DNA of 63,329 bases, the filler included, from Nitrospinae bacterium RIFCSPLOWO2_12_FULL_45_22 (GTDB lineage Bacteria; 2-12-FULL-45-22): assembly GCA_001803565.1 (NCBI GenBank). It is 5 parts of 5 records of this genome, joined end to end, with 100 filler letters (N's around TTAATTAATTAA, not from the genome) between each part and the next. Parts side by side here need not be neighbours in the genome. Positions count along the whole stretch, not along the records: positions 46,461 to 63,329 come from MHDQ01000310.1; 4 more parts are not named here. One strand, 5' to 3'. Positions within the stretch are counted from its first letter, which is position 1; each line of letters starts with the position of its first letter. Positions 61,601-63,329 of the stretch are shown here, one piece after another. Both the position numbers and the translations under genes were made by a program. Under the pieces are notes generated by a model, which worked only from the letters and a program-made list of their open reading frames with translations, ran no database searches and was not told the origin of the DNA.

Positions 61601-61864
61601 TGGCCCGGGGCTATACCTTATGCCGGAAATGTAGATATTGGCTATAAGACCGGGACGAATACTGTATGGAAAGGGAATACTGCTACTAATACCTCTGGCG
61701 CCTATAACCTTATCATGTCGAACACTTATACTACTGATTCAGATGGAGGTCCATTGGACCTAACCGATATCAATAACCTCCAGATTGCTGTCAAACGAAA
61801 TACTTCCGGGCCACCAGTATTGCGTGTAACAGAGGTCTATGTCGAAATTGCTTATACCCCTTAA
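58676..61864 (+). CDS. Secreted multiheme cytochrome c (11 CxxCH + 1 CX6CH) with Ig-like domains; paralog of 52951-57243
   Basis: Near-identical N-terminus to the 52951 protein; heme motifs counted in the translation; CSSGNLGCH variant motif. Confidence 0.88.
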   Translation: MRKRNVIIKALVMVLVLSLIAIFAYALDYPHNAINTIGCNNCHDVHGEDAEENLFPPWIEYNPQNIDDTRSNTLCWHCHNGMVAPYVRTHSSLTTSDKYGDWSIECRTCHNPHLQEQFRTYGEGSCLYLGESTDIQIDQPGGGKSQLTQTGAGWENDAYRGLVVIPKIAEESYGYKIESNTGDTLTVEGIIDLSKVAVGDRFAIIYGKLIKSPIYTPNSGEREVRFFKGGVLNYADGDIVYDGVCEVCHTQTTYHRNNDLGDHGHNVGVKCTNCHSHLNGFKGIGGTSGSHPTHLGAAYGPNMTCSSGNLGCHGANSPPTFADGNNFQNTTVCNTCHSPGGSYDGVDDLIIGARANWDEGVYEGNLLKSGKEKWCASCHDEIPSVIEGVSAPNIIGDEDTATPYGTGYGFYKTGHGLSTSKRYPATGGPGAGLGCQNCHDAGMPHIDGIVRSYEPDSDYLTFDPVSANYQNGFRLKDVATGYDGKYALHIPRTGHVYPPGFRADWEFALCFQCHAKDQLFNGGDPETGEGAGTNFYAKSDGDGGGNPLPTAGFYYSMHDVHTWGANGPLGPETPQYDSDFDGTADSRIRCPACHNVHGSPSPAMMRHGELIGKAPAIDFQYTPEGTYPTLANSTGGKTRFIAPGPGDVSKNGICNMCHNDQMTYARTPIDTIAPEISWVDGQVDSDILTVSFSEGVYSDMGAVGDLTSSDFTLTDSDNGRAIIGVTHTAGDATAILILDSPLDSTDDIGIDTLSGATSTSIYDALGNPMDTTPVIISSGDHAPPTLSNKNPATGTINIAVDSDLTFTLSDSGSEIDWTTFSIQISGDKGYSAIYTDEDTSIVSKTGSPVSYDVTVNPDADFGSGEVITIIVNVDDLVGNSMIPPAWSFTITPGGAPATLSLHPSGVASDGGFSPINGSWATVLDSNDGDASYVNYCCGPGGQIFYVHMDDLPAGLEAATIDSITIDVYARYLDGAWPGAIPYAGNVDIGYKTGTNTVWKGNTATNTSGAYNLIMSNTYTTDSDGGPLDLTDINNLQIAVKRNTSGPPVLRVTEVYVEIAYTP

Positions 61865-62239
61865 TGATGTATCATTTCTATCCCGAGGCCGCTTCTCTCT
61901 TCCTAGCCTTTTCGCCACATCACTGAGGTAAAAAACCTCTCTATGGCTTGATCACCTGGTTTCCCTATTAATCATAAAAGGGTCATAACTGGTATTTTTT
62001 TGTATCTATAGAGACAAAGGGTATCACCTCAGGGCATAATAATTGTTCTCCCTTTCAAACGGTGGGAAATTAATCATACCAGGGGGGGTAAACCGATATG
62101 AATAAATGTGTTAAAATTACTACAAACCTCCCTCTCAATTAGAAATGCAAAGAAATGGAGTCTTTTAGGAGAAAAGAAGGTATATGCAGGCGTAAATTTG
62201 CCCTATTCATTCCATAATAGTAACAGGAGGCAGGAGATT

Positions 62240-63329
62240 ATGCGGTTATCAAGACATTTACTCATATGGGCTCTTTCAGCTTTCTTATTGATACCTTCCG
62301 GGTGTGCAACAACCCCTGAGAAACTGACACCTGTCATGGTACCAAAAGTATTCTTTCCCGATCCTCCGGGACTTCCCCGCATCCAATTCCTCCGGAGCTT
62401 CACTTCCAGTAAGGATATAGAATCTCCAAGATCACAATTTGACCGGTTTGTGACCGGAGAGGAACAGCGGATAAAACGAATCGATAAGCCCTATGGTGTA
62501 GGTATCTACGATGGTAAGATATATGTCTGTGACAGCAATAGTACGGTAATGGTCTTTGACCTTAAAAACAAGAAATTCCAGGAGCTGGAAGGGGCAAAAG
62601 GGTTGGGGAAGCTTGTACAGCCCCTTAATATAAGCATAGATAGTGATGGCACCAAGTATGTCGCTGACCCGGTGCGGGGACAGGTAGTTGTGTATAACCG
62701 GGAAGACTTTTTTGTGAAGGCCATCGGCTCTCCTGCCGAGTGGACACCTATTGATGCCGTGCCCTTTGATAATAAATTGTATGTGATCGATAAGAAGAGC
62801 CGTGATGTTTGGATCATGGATAAAAAGACCGGTGCATTGCTGAATAAGATAGGCAGGAAAGCAGAGGATGAGACCAAGTGGCTGGGCCTGCCAACAAACC
62901 TGGCCTTTGATTCCAAAGGCTATTTATATATATCAGATACCGGGAGATTTCAGGTGGTTAAATATGACCGGGATGGCCATTTTCTGGGGGCTATCGGGAT
63001 GTTGGGCACGAGTCCGGGCCGCTTCTCCCGTCCCAGGGGTGTTGCAGCGGATAGAAACGGGAGATTATATGTGGCGGATGCATCATTTGATAATGTTCAG
63101 ATTTTTAATAATGACGGTAGGCTGCTGATGTTCTTTGGCAGACCAGGAAATAGAGAGGGGGATCTCTTCCTGCCGGCTAAGGTGGTGATAGATTATAATC
63201 ATTTAGCATATTTCTCAGAATACCTGGATCCGAATTTTCAGGCAGAGGCCCTGGTCATCGTTACCAGCCAGTTCGGGCCGCGGCTGGTTAATATATTTGC
63301 CCTGGGGAGACAAAAAGGGGTTAAGTATC
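62240..63329 (+). CDS. NHL-repeat lipoprotein, runs off the window end
   Basis: Absent from the ORF track because it has no stop. AGGAG RBS, MRLSRHLLIWALSAFLLIPSG-C lipobox, FFPDPPGLPRIQFL, NHL repeats (FSRPRGVAADRNGRLYVAD). Confidence 0.88.
   Translation, partial: MRLSRHLLIWALSAFLLIPSGCATTPEKLTPVMVPKVFFPDPPGLPRIQFLRSFTSSKDIESPRSQFDRFVTGEEQRIKRIDKPYGVGIYDGKIYVCDSNSTVMVFDLKNKKFQELEGAKGLGKLVQPLNISIDSDGTKYVADPVRGQVVVYNREDFFVKAIGSPAEWTPIDAVPFDNKLYVIDKKSRDVWIMDKKTGALLNKIGRKAEDETKWLGLPTNLAFDSKGYLYISDTGRFQVVKYDRDGHFLGAIGMLGTSPGRFSRPRGVAADRNGRLYVADASFDNVQIFNNDGRLLMFFGRPGNREGDLFLPAKVVIDYNHLAYFSEYLDPNFQAEALVIVTSQFGPRLVNIFALGRQKGVKY

Noticed and set aside
3070-63128. Many short ORFs antisense to or overlapping long genes (e.g. 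10515-11072, 27381-27965, 44912-45616, 62506-62916)
   Set aside because: They are shadows of well-supported genes, with no motifs or RBS.

Overview
Bacterial draft or metagenome-assembled sequence. Gene content suggests an anaerobe, and no taxon can be assigned from the sequence alone. The window is five contigs joined by four artificial 100-nt N/TTAATTAATTAA linkers (11731-11830, 28211-28310, 41116-41215, 46361-46460), so adjacency across a linker means nothing. Contig 1 is a housekeeping translation region: truB-rpsO-pnp converges on rimP-nusA-ylxR/ylxQ-infB-DUF503-rbfA-PHP-TPR. Contig 2 carries a BcsB-less cellulose-synthase-like operon behind a sigma54 promoter motif (BcsA with two PilZ domains, small TPR protein, giant TPR/beta-barrel protein, GH8 lipoprotein), followed by a membrane-anchored sulfatase-fold enzyme and GT-C/GT2 glycosyltransferases. 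Contig 3 has acyl-CoA metabolism genes, an orphan Tat-exported ethylbenzene-dehydrogenase-like molybdoenzyme, tatA, purM and an IS end. Contig 4 has a B12 acyl-CoA mutase with an atypical active site, an SGNH hydrolase and a GAF histidine kinase plus relics of a paralog. Contig 5 is the most interesting: a candidate extracellular electron transfer locus with an OmcE-like cytochrome fragment, a sigma54 promoter motif, three large secreted multiheme cytochromes (about 9, 17 and 12 heme motifs, with PKD, LamG-like and Ig-like domains) and two NHL beta-propeller proteins. Intergenic regions are full of short palindromic REP/MITE-like elements. No rRNA, tRNA or CRISPR array was seen.
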